A DNA stretch of 64,000 nucleotides from Candidatus Rokuibacteriota bacterium (GTDB taxonomy: Bacteria > Methylomirabilota > Methylomirabilia > Rokubacteriales > CSP1-6). The notes beneath the pieces are model-generated. The model saw only the letters and a list, made by a program, of their open reading frames with translations, ran no database searches and was not told the DNA's origin. Within the stretch, counting starts at the first letter, position 1. Each line of letters begins with the position of its first letter. The stretch lies in NCBI GenBank assembly GCA_003221515.1, contig QHSI01000133.1:3530-67529 (forward strand), given 5' to 3'. Shown in pieces: positions 8,139-15,800 of this stretch. The translations under genes were made by a program, and so were the position numbers.

Positions 8139-9737
8139 CTAGCCGCGCACGGCCCCGGGCCGGCCGTCCTCGACGACGAAGGAGGCCAGCGTGTCGGCTT
8201 CGGCACGCGGACGTGCGACGCCGCGGACCGTCCTCAGGTCGGCGCGCAGCCGAGCGGGCGTGATCTCCATGCGCAGATAACCCCGCCGCGCACCGTTGGC
8301 GAGCTTGATGTGCGGGTTGTCGGCCAGAAGCGCGTCGACTTCCTCCTGCCGCCGCCTGAATTGCGAGGTGATGGAGGTACCGACGAACTCGGTGCCGACC
8401 ACCGGCGAGCGTGGATCGTCGAAGTCTGCTTTCAGATCAGTGACCCAGAACGAGTGCACGTCGCCGCCGACCACGATGGGGTTGGCGGGCTTGCGCCGGC
8501 CGAGATAGTCGAGGAGGCGGCGACGCGCCGCCGGATAGCCGTCCCATCCGTCGGTCCAGAACAGTTGCCCCGGGCCGGGCTTCCGGTCGAGCTGGGCCAT
8601 CAACGTCTGCTGGGCGAGCACATTCCACCGCGCGGGCGAACGGTCGAGGCCCGCCTGGAGCCAGCTCTCCTGAGCGCCCCCGAGCATCGTCAGGCGCGGA
8701 TCGAGCCGCTCGGCGCAGTCTTCGACGACGTTGGCGCCGCCCCGACCCGGCGCCGCGCACGGCTGAGGCGAGCGATATTGCCGGTCGTCGAGCAGATGGA
8801 TCTGCGCGAGCCGACCGAAGCTCACGCGCGTGAAGATGCGCATGTGCGGCCCGAACGGCACCATCTGGCGACGCAACGGCATGTGCTCGTAGTAGGCCTT
8901 GTAGGCCGCGGCGCGGCGTTGCAGGAACCACTCCGGCGCGTGCAGGTCCTCGGAGCGATCGTTGGCGTAGTCGTTCTGGACCTCGTGGTCGTCCCAGGTC
9001 AGCACCCATGGGTAGGCCGCGTGCGCGGCCTGCAGATCGGGATCGCCCTTGTAGAGCGCGTGGCGGATCCGGTAGTCGTCGAGCGTGTGCGGCTCGGGCG
9101 CCCCGTGCGTGCGCACGTGGTCGCGCCCCCACGAGGACTCGTAGATGTAGTCGCCGACGTGGATGACCATGTCGAGGTCGTCCGCCAGCATGTGGCGATA
9201 CGCGGTGAAAAAGCCCTGCTCGTACTGCTGGCAGGAGGCGACCGCGACGCGCAGGCGATCGACACCGCCATTCGCGGCCGGCGTGGTGCGCGTTCGGCCG
9301 ATGGCGCTCACCTCACCGCCGGCGCGGAAGCGATACCAGTACCACCGGCCGGCGTCGAGCCCATCGACCTCGACGTGCACGGCGTGCGCGAACGACGGCT
9401 CCGCGCTGGCGGTGCCGCGCTGGACGATCTGGCCCATGCGCTCGTCGCTCGCCACCTCCCACTCGACCGCCACGACCTCGGGAGGCATGCCGCCACCCGG
9501 CACGAGCGGCGCCGGCGCCAGACGGGTCCAGAGCGCGACGCCCGTGGGCGTGGGATAGCCCGACGCGACGCCCAGTGTGAACGGGTGAGCCGAGAGCTTC
9601 GGTTGGGCCGAGACGCGGCCGACACCGAGCGGAGCGAGCTGCGACGTGCCGAGGGCGAGCGCGCTCACGAGGAACCGCCGGCGACTCAGGCGAGGGTGAG
9701 CTTCCAGCCGGGGCGCGGCTACCTTCGAGAGCATCAC
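8139..9737 (-). CDS. phoD: alkaline phosphatase D family protein with twin-arginine signal
   Basis: ORF 8139..9737; Tat motif SRRRFLVSALALG; metallophosphatase-type motifs along the length; ~530 aa typical of PhoD. Confidence 0.8.
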   Translation of the reverse strand: MMLSKVAAPRLEAHPRLSRRRFLVSALALGTSQLAPLGVGRVSAQPKLSAHPFTLGVASGYPTPTGVALWTRLAPAPLVPGGGMPPEVVAVEWEVASDERMGQIVQRGTASAEPSFAHAVHVEVDGLDAGRWYWYRFRAGGEVSAIGRTRTTPAANGGVDRLRVAVASCQQYEQGFFTAYRHMLADDLDMVIHVGDYIYESSWGRDHVRTHGAPEPHTLDDYRIRHALYKGDPDLQAAHAAYPWVLTWDDHEVQNDYANDRSEDLHAPEWFLQRRAAAYKAYYEHMPLRRQMVPFGPHMRIFTRVSFGRLAQIHLLDDRQYRSPQPCAAPGRGGANVVEDCAERLDPRLTMLGGAQESWLQAGLDRSPARWNVLAQQTLMAQLDRKPGPGQLFWTDGWDGYPAARRRLLDYLGRRKPANPIVVGGDVHSFWVTDLKADFDDPRSPVVGTEFVGTSITSQFRRRQEEVDALLADNPHIKLANGARRGYLRMEITPARLRADLRTVRGVARPRAEADTLASFVVEDGRPGAVRG

Positions 9738-9837
9738 CGCGAAGGATAGACGGCGGGGGCGTCGGAGGACAAGCGCGACGTGAGACGCGGCGCGGAAGCG
9801 CCGGGGCGCCCGGATCGGACACCCCGGCCCGAGAGAA

Positions 9838-10362
9838 TCAGCTTCGGACGTAGACCGTTTTCATCGCGCGGTCGCCGCTAGGCGTTTGCATCGTGGTGTC
9901 GATCGTGAGCAGTCGACCGTCAGGCGACACGGACCAGGTCGAGTGCTGGGACATCGTGCGCTCGCCCTGATCGCTCTTGCGGGTCTGCATCACCGTCACG
10001 ACCAGGCGATCGCCCTCGAAGGCGGCGCGGGTCACGACGTTGCCGCCGCGATAGCCGCGGTGGGTCTGGTCGCTGCCGTCGGCGACGTAGGTATCGGTCA
10101 TCGAGCGCTCCCGCGTCCCCATCGTCATGGTCCGCGTGACCTTTACCGCGTTGCCCTGCTGCTCGACCCGCAGCTTCACTTCGGGCGGCGGAGCCTGGGC
10201 GTCGGGGCTGGGCTTGTTCTGACCCTCGTGCGACGGCAACTGGCTCTGGGCGCGGTCGAGCACCCACGTGCCGGACAGCTGAGGCTGGGCCGGCGCCGTC
10301 GCCACGCCGACCGCCAGCAGCAGCGCCGCCACCGTCCCGATCATCACTTGAGCGTGCTTCAT
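9838..10362 (-). CDS. secreted hypothetical protein
   Basis: ORF 9838..10362; signal peptide MKHAQVMIGTVAALLLAVGVATAPAQ; no recognised motif. Confidence 0.5.
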   Translation of the reverse strand: MKHAQVMIGTVAALLLAVGVATAPAQPQLSGTWVLDRAQSQLPSHEGQNKPSPDAQAPPPEVKLRVEQQGNAVKVTRTMTMGTRERSMTDTYVADGSDQTHRGYRGGNVVTRAAFEGDRLVVTVMQTRKSDQGERTMSQHSTWSVSPDGRLLTIDTTMQTPSGDRAMKTVYVRS

Positions 10363-10510
10363 AGCGTCCTCCTTTGCACGATCTGTCCCGTAGGACGGCC
10401 TAATCTCCGGCCACGTTTACGATCGCTCGGCGGTATTGTGGTCGGCGCCGCGAGCGGCCGATCGCTCGCCGGAGCAGCCGGTCTCTACCGAGGGCAACGG
10501 GAGGGCGCGC

Positions 10511-10814
10511 ATGGACGCGGGGACAGGCGGACGGGCCGTCGTGGAGCTCCTGAAGGCAGAAGGGGTCCGCCACATTTTCGGAATCGTCGGCTCGACCTTT
10601 CTGGACGTGCTGGATACGCTCTAACATCGGCAATCCGCGCTACGACCAGTTCGCCCGCCTCTTCGGCGCGGCGGGCTACTACGTCGACCACCCCGACCAG
10701 GTCGGCGATGCGATCAAGGCCGCGATCGCCGCCGACAAGCCGGCGATCGTCGAGATCCCGATCGATCCCAACGAATTCCCGACTCCCGTCGCGGCGGTCC
10801 GCAAGATCTCGTGA
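10511..10814 (+). pseudogene. remnant of a thiamine-pyrophosphate enzyme (acetolactate-synthase-like): N-terminal ~37 aa and C-terminal ~64 aa joined out of frame
   Basis: ATG 10511 (RBS GGGAGGG) gives MDAGTGGRAVVELLKAEGVRHIFGIVGSTFLDVLDTL then stop at 10622; a second frame continues NIGNPRYDQFARLFGAAGYYVDHPDQVGDAIKAAIAADKPAIVEIPIDPNEFP to the stop at 10812-10814 (TPP-enzyme C-terminus); the ~450 aa in between are absent. Confidence 0.6.
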
Positions 10815-10909
10815 GCCGTGGCTTGGGGTCCGTCGAGGCCCCGAGCACGTCACGCGAGGTCGAGGAGCGCCACGGCTTACGCCGGGGCGCTTCCGCGAGC
10901 GCCGGGGGG

Positions 10910-10937
10910 TATGGGGGGCCCTTCAAGGCCCCCCATA
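10910..10937. terminator. strong 11-bp-stem hairpin shared by convergent genes; overlaps stop codon of VOC gene
   Basis: TATGGGGGGCC-cttcaa-GGCCCCCCATA; the minus-strand stop codon (10923-10925) lies in the loop. Confidence 0.5.
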
Positions 10938-11687
10938 ACGACTGATATGCAGGTGGACGCCGTGGCTCGAGGCGGGCTCGACGGTGACCTCGCCCGTGCC
11001 CCGCAGCAGTATCGTTCCGGCGCGGTCGAAGGCCGCGGTAAGCGCGGCGAAATCCTCGGCCACCATCGAGAGCGCGACCATTCCCTCCGTGCCCCCGACC
11101 TCTTCGGTCGGCACGACCAGGAGCGCGCCGCGCCCGACCGCCAGCATCGCGCGCGGGCCGCCGTTCATCGCGATCTCCTCGAGGCCGAAGAGCGACTGGA
11201 ACATCGCGCTGACCCGCTTGACGTCGAGCGCGCCGATCACGAGGCGCTTGAGCCGTAGCGGTGCCGCCGGCTCCGCCGCCGGCGCGGACGGCGTGGCGAG
11301 CTCGACGAGCACGCCGCAGCTCGCCCGCGGATGTACGAACGCGATCCGGCCGGCGAGCCCGGACCGCGGTGTCGCGTCGAGGAGCTCGACCTGTCGCTCC
11401 CTCAGCGCGGTCAGCGTCTTGGCGATGTCCGGGGTGTCGAAGCACAGATGATGGAGCCCCTCCCCGCGCTTGGCCAGGAAGCGTCCGACGCCCGACGTGT
11501 CGTCGAGCGGCTCGATCAGCTCGACTTCGCTCTCGCCGGCCGCGAGCAGCGCGGCGCGTACTCGCTGGTCGGGCAGCGTCGCCTCCTTGACCAGCGGCAG
11601 CCCCAGGGTGTCGCGGTAGAAGCGATATGCGTCCTCGAGACGCTTCACGATGATGCCAACGTGGTGAATCCGTCGCATCACGCCCAA
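10923..11687 (-). CDS. two-domain VOC family protein (methylmalonyl-CoA epimerase / glyoxalase-like)
   Basis: ORF 10923..11687; N-terminus RIHHVGIIVKRLEDAYRFYRDTLGL typical of the glyoxalase/MCE fold; second similar half. Confidence 0.65.
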   Translation of the reverse strand: MGVMRRIHHVGIIVKRLEDAYRFYRDTLGLPLVKEATLPDQRVRAALLAAGESEVELIEPLDDTSGVGRFLAKRGEGLHHLCFDTPDIAKTLTALRERQVELLDATPRSGLAGRIAFVHPRASCGVLVELATPSAPAAEPAAPLRLKRLVIGALDVKRVSAMFQSLFGLEEIAMNGGPRAMLAVGRGALLVVPTEEVGGTEGMVALSMVAEDFAALTAAFDRAGTILLRGTGEVTVEPASSHGVHLHISRYGGP

Positions 11688-11694
11688 TCCCTCC

Positions 11695-12153
11695 TCAACG
11701 GATGAACGGCGCGCCTCTCTTGGCGGAGGCGTCGCGGATCCGCACCCGGTGATTGGCGAGGAGCGTGGGCGGTAGGCGGCGCAGCGAGAAGTAGTCGAGC
11801 GCGAGCGTCTCGTCGCACGTCGTGAGCTCGCCGCCGCGCACCGCGCATTCGAAGCACAAGGTGACGGAGTGCCAGACGTGTCCGTCGGGATAGCGCACGA
11901 CCTGGAACGCCGGTTCCGAGTACACGCCCACCATCCGGCGCACGGCGATCGTCAGCCCGGTCTCTTCGCGAACCTCCCGCTCGATGGCGTCACGCACCGA
12001 CTCGCCGATGTCGACCGAGCCACCGGGCAGCCCCCACTGCTCGCCATCGGAGCGTTGCTGGAGCAGAAGTCGACCGCGGCGGTCGAAGATGACGGCAGAG
12101 ACAGAGGGTCGGATTCCGAGAGCGCGTGCGGCGTCACGCTCGAGCGTGATCAC
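11695..12153 (-). CDS. NUDIX hydrolase
   Basis: ORF 11695..12153; Nudix box GGSVDIGESVRDAIEREVREETGL. Confidence 0.85.
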   Translation of the reverse strand: MITLERDAARALGIRPSVSAVIFDRRGRLLLQQRSDGEQWGLPGGSVDIGESVRDAIEREVREETGLTIAVRRMVGVYSEPAFQVVRYPDGHVWHSVTLCFECAVRGGELTTCDETLALDYFSLRRLPPTLLANHRVRIRDASAKRGAPFIR

Positions 12154-12197
12154 CCGTTCACCCTACCCGACGCTCACGCCCTTCGCAATGTTTTGCA

Positions 12198-13328
12198 TCA
12201 GCCACCCGCCGCGCTGAACAGGCGCTGGAACTGCTTCCACGCGATCGGCGACGTCGCGCCCACCTTCGCGTTCTCGTCGACGTGCGCGCTCGTCTTCATG
12301 CCGACCAGCGCCGAGCCGACGCCCGGCGTCGAGCGCGCGAACTGAAGGGCCCGCTGCGCATCGGTCTCCAGCCCCGGCAGGAACTTGGCGAGCATCGGCG
12401 GCAGGCCGCGGCTCAGCTGGCCTTGATAGATCGAGGCGGAGGCCATCACGTACACGTCGAGCTGGCGGGCCGCTTCGAGCACGGGGACCATGCCCTTGTC
12501 CACGCGCTGGTTGGCGCGCGTGAACGCCTCGGTCATCGCGAGGTTGTACGGAAGCTGGATCACCTTGAAGTGGTGGTTCGGGCCGCCCACGTCGCGCGCC
12601 GCCGCCACCAGCTCCGCCAGCGAGAGATACCCGGGCGCGCCCGGGTCCTCGCGGTACCCGCTCCACGTCGCGGTGCCGTAGCGCCCGATGAGGCCGCCCG
12701 CCACCGCCTCCTCCAGCGCCGCGAATGCCGCGCGGATGCGCGCCATGAACTCGTCGCGCTTGACCTCGCCGAGCTGTGTCTCGGGGTTGTGGATGTAGTA
12801 CACGTCGAGCGTGGCGAGCCCGAGGTTCACGCGACTACGGTCGATCTGGTCGCGCAGATACCGCGGGGTCATGCAGTGCGCGCCGCCCACCACCTCCCCC
12901 GGCTTGACGATGCCCGACTCGAGGTACGTCGCCGTGAAGTACGCCCGGGCATCTCGGGGCACGGCGCCGTCGAACGGGATGAAGCCACCCTTGGTGGCCA
13001 CGAGGACCTCGTCACGCTCCACGACACCCTTGGCGATCGCGGTGGCGAGCGCCGTTCTGATGGCGCGCTCGCTGCGCTGGTGCCGGTAGTTCACGGCGGT
13101 GTCGAGGACGTTCACGCCCAGCTCCAGCGCGCGTACGATCGCGTCCTGATAGAGGACGTCGGTCGCGCCGTCGTCGGCGCCGAGATAGGTGCCGAGGCCC
13201 AGCGTCGAGAGCTGCGGGCCTTCGTCCAGCTGCCGGAAGTGTCCAGCGGTCAGCCGTGCGGCGAGTCGCTCGGCGTACCGCAGCGTCCCCTTGGCCGTCG
13301 CCTTGCCGGTGATCATCTTCGTCGTCAT
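12198..13328 (-). CDS. aldo/keto reductase family oxidoreductase
   Basis: ORF 12198..13328; AKR fold motifs (LGLGTY, LDTAVNYR, IQLPYNL). Confidence 0.8.
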   Translation of the reverse strand: MTTKMITGKATAKGTLRYAERLAARLTAGHFRQLDEGPQLSTLGLGTYLGADDGATDVLYQDAIVRALELGVNVLDTAVNYRHQRSERAIRTALATAIAKGVVERDEVLVATKGGFIPFDGAVPRDARAYFTATYLESGIVKPGEVVGGAHCMTPRYLRDQIDRSRVNLGLATLDVYYIHNPETQLGEVKRDEFMARIRAAFAALEEAVAGGLIGRYGTATWSGYREDPGAPGYLSLAELVAAARDVGGPNHHFKVIQLPYNLAMTEAFTRANQRVDKGMVPVLEAARQLDVYVMASASIYQGQLSRGLPPMLAKFLPGLETDAQRALQFARSTPGVGSALVGMKTSAHVDENAKVGATSPIAWKQFQRLFSAAGG

Positions 13329-13343
13329 GGCATTTCCATCTCG

Positions 13344-13416
13344 GCGCGCCTCCGGCGCGACATGCCCGCGCGCCTCCGCCGCGACACGTCCGCGCGCCTA
13401 CGGCGCGACACGGAAG
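13344..13416. repeat. three tandem ~24-nt units, each an imperfect hairpin (GCGCGCC-tcc-GGCGCGAC), between copC stop and AKR start
   Basis: gcgcgcctccggcgcgacatgcc / cgcgcgcctccgccgcgacacgtcc / gcgcgcctacggcgcgacacggaag; last unit overlaps the copC stop codon. Confidence 0.6.
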
Positions 13417-13757
13417 GAGAAGCTCCCGCTCACCACGTGGCCGTCCGTGGAGAGCACGCGCCACTCGACGCGCCAGGCGCCCGCCGGCAGCACATCCACC
13501 GTCGCGGTCAGCCAGTCCGCCGACCCGTCGGCGACCCGCACCGTGGCGGGGCGCGCCGCGCCGTGCTCGTCACGTAGACGGATCGTCGAAAGCTTCTTCT
13601 CGATGCGGTTGTTGAAGCGCAGCGACAACTCGGCTGGCGAGGCGGTGACCACCGAGCCGGCGCCGGGTGACGATTCGAGCAGGAGTGAATGCGCGGGGGC
13701 GCTGCCCGCGACCGCCAGCACGAGGGCGCCCGTGAGGATCGCCCACCGAGCCGCCAT
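13398..13757 (-). CDS. copC: copper resistance protein CopC family (periplasmic copper-binding)
   Basis: In-frame part of ORF 13398..14582 starting at ATG 13757; signal peptide then mature N-terminus HSLLLESSP and the usual CopC beta-sandwich length; ATGA overlap with upstream gene stop. Confidence 0.7.
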   Translation of the reverse strand: MAARWAILTGALVLAVAGSAPAHSLLLESSPGAGSVVTASPAELSLRFNNRIEKKLSTIRLRDEHGAARPATVRVADGSADWLTATVDVLPAGAWRVEWRVLSTDGHVVSGSFSFRVAP

Positions 13758-14722
13758 CAGCGCCAGTCGTCGAGCACCAAGTCCGCGGGGTTCTCGTAGT
13801 CCTCCTGCTTGCCCCGCTGCATCCGGATCATGGTGAAGTCGACCTGATAACCGCATTGGAGGAGGGTGTCGTAGGCAACCCAGTATCGAGAATACACGGG
13901 CAGGATCACGCGCTGGACGCCGAGCTCCTGGCCCAATCCCTCGATCGCGGCGACGAACTGCTCGAGATTCTCCACCTTGCGCTGCGGCGGGTCGATCGCG
14001 AGGAACTTGATGTAGAGCGCGCCGGTCGGCGCCTCGCTGACGCCGGGCGTGTGGCAGATCGCGAACCCGATCAGATCGCGCCCCCGCTCGAGCAGCAGCG
14101 TGTCTCCGAGGGCCAGGCCGTCGACGATCTCGATCTCCTTCGACAGATCCATGCCGCGGCAGATCGCGTTGGTGATCCGGTGGATGCGCGCGAGGGTGGC
14201 CTTCTTCTTCGCCTCCTCGAGCGTGGAGAAGCGCCGCATCGTCGGCGGCGTCTTGGCGGGCTTCGGCGCCGTCGCCGCCCGGGCCGGCCCGCGGTCGATC
14301 GCGCGGCTCATGATCGCGCCCAGGTTCTTCGGACGGTATCCGAACTTGTGGTAGAGGTACAGGTGCTTGGGGCTCGTCGGGTACGTGACGCAGCCGTGCA
14401 GCGTCGCCTTGTTCTCGTCGAAGAACTCCTGCGCCGCGCGGATGAGCTGCTGGCCGATCGTCTGGTTGTGATAGTTCGTCAGGACCGCGACCGGGCCCAG
14501 CACGCCGACGGTACCCCACGTCACCGCGAGGGCCGCCCCCACGATCTTGGAGTTGTCTTCCTCGGCGACGAAGCACCCCCACGGCTCCATGAGCCAGCGG
14601 TGGTGAACATACTGCGCGCCGCCGAACGCCTGGCGCGGCCGGGTGCCGAGCTGACGCTCGAGGAAGTCGCCGAAGGTCTGCTCCATCACGTCGCGGACCT
14701 TCGAGAGGTCGCCCTTCCGCAC
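13757..14722 (-). CDS. GNAT family N-acetyltransferase (two acetyltransferase-like halves)
   Basis: In-frame part of ORF 13757..15028; start uncertain (GTG 14722 or ATG 14686), must lie downstream of the stop of the upstream gene at 14788; GNAT-like motifs in both halves. Confidence 0.55.
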   Translation of the reverse strand: MRKGDLSKVRDVMEQTFGDFLERQLGTRPRQAFGGAQYVHHRWLMEPWGCFVAEEDNSKIVGAALAVTWGTVGVLGPVAVLTNYHNQTIGQQLIRAAQEFFDENKATLHGCVTYPTSPKHLYLYHKFGYRPKNLGAIMSRAIDRGPARAATAPKPAKTPPTMRRFSTLEEAKKKATLARIHRITNAICRGMDLSKEIEIVDGLALGDTLLLERGRDLIGFAICHTPGVSEAPTGALYIKFLAIDPPQRKVENLEQFVAAIEGLGQELGVQRVILPVYSRYWVAYDTLLQCGYQVDFTMIRMQRGKQEDYENPADLVLDDWR

Positions 14723-14787
14723 CCGACGGATCTGGACCTTGGGCAGCCGGCCCTGGGGCTCGAGCCCCGCGCGATCGACCGTGGCTC

Positions 14788-15672
14788 TCACTTCGTGAGG
14801 CCTGCGAGGTCTTCCAGCAGAGTGATCACTCCCGAGTGATCGAGTCCGCCGCGGCCCTTGACGCGGAGCGCGTTGAACAGCTCCTGCACCACCGCCGTCG
14901 CGGGCAACGGCACGCCGAGGGCGCGCGCCGATTCCATGATGAGTCCAAGATCCTTGAAGTGCAGATCGATCTTGAAGCCGGGGTTGTAGGTACCGGCCAG
15001 ATAGTTGGGCTTCTTCTGGTCGAGACACTTGGAGCCCGCGAGCCCGCCCGCCAGCGCGGTGAGCGTCAGGTCGCGGTCCAGCCCCGCCTTCTTCGCGAGC
15101 GTGAGCGCCTCGGCGAGCGCGGTCAGGTTGACGGCCACGATGATCTGGTTGGCGAGCTTGGTGAAGCCGCCGAACCCGAGCGGGCCGAGGTGAGTGATCG
15201 TCTTGCCCATTGCCTGGAAGATCGGCAGCACCGCATCGAAGACGCTCTTGTCGCCGCCGACCATGATCGAGAGCGCTCCGTCGATCGCCCCCCGCTCACC
15301 GCCGGACACCGGGGCGTCGAGCATCTTCACGGACTTCGCCGCCAGGGCCTGGCCGACCTTTTGCGAAAGGATCGGCGAGATCGTCGACATGTCGACGAAG
15401 ATGAGGCCGGGCCGGGCGCCCTCGATGATGCCGTCGCGACCGAGCGCGACCAGCTCGACGTCCGGCGAATTGGGAAGCATCGTGATCAGCACGTCGGATT
15501 GTGCGGCGACGTCTCGAGCCGACGTGCCCGCCTTGGCGCCAGCGTCGACGATCTCCTCCACGGGTCCGCGACTGCGACTGTGGACGACGAGGGAGTAGCC
15601 GGCCTTGAGGAGATTTCTGGCCATCGGGCGTCCCATGATTCCAAGGCCAATGAATCCAACAACTTGTGCCAT
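14788..15672 (-). CDS. NAD(P)-dependent 3-hydroxyisobutyrate dehydrogenase / tartronate semialdehyde reductase family
   Basis: In-frame part of ORF 14788..15735 from ATG 15672; GFIGLGIMGRPMA dinucleotide-binding motif; DAPVSGG, catalytic Lys region. Confidence 0.85.
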   Translation of the reverse strand: MAQVVGFIGLGIMGRPMARNLLKAGYSLVVHSRSRGPVEEIVDAGAKAGTSARDVAAQSDVLITMLPNSPDVELVALGRDGIIEGARPGLIFVDMSTISPILSQKVGQALAAKSVKMLDAPVSGGERGAIDGALSIMVGGDKSVFDAVLPIFQAMGKTITHLGPLGFGGFTKLANQIIVAVNLTALAEALTLAKKAGLDRDLTLTALAGGLAGSKCLDQKKPNYLAGTYNPGFKIDLHFKDLGLIMESARALGVPLPATAVVQELFNALRVKGRGGLDHSGVITLLEDLAGLTK

Positions 15673-15715
15673 AGGGCCCCCGTGGCGAGCAAAAGTGAGC
15701 GACAACAAATAACAC

Positions 15716-15748
15716 GAGCGGGTGGACAGGGTCAAGCCACCCGCGCTC
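15716..15748 (-). terminator. hairpin downstream of AOR gene
   Basis: GAGCGGGTGG-acagggtcaag-CCACCCGCGCTC located 50 nt 3' of the AOR stop on the minus strand. Confidence 0.35.
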
Positions 15749-15800
15749 GGCCAGCGGCTCAGTGGGGGTATCCGGGGCCGCTCCGCCGGTGGCTCGATCC

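Noticed and set aside
13344-13416. Possible CRISPR array (tandem hairpin repeats); also the 1307-1369 repeats
   Set aside because: Only three contiguous units of ~24 nt with no intervening unique spacers and no cas genes nearby.
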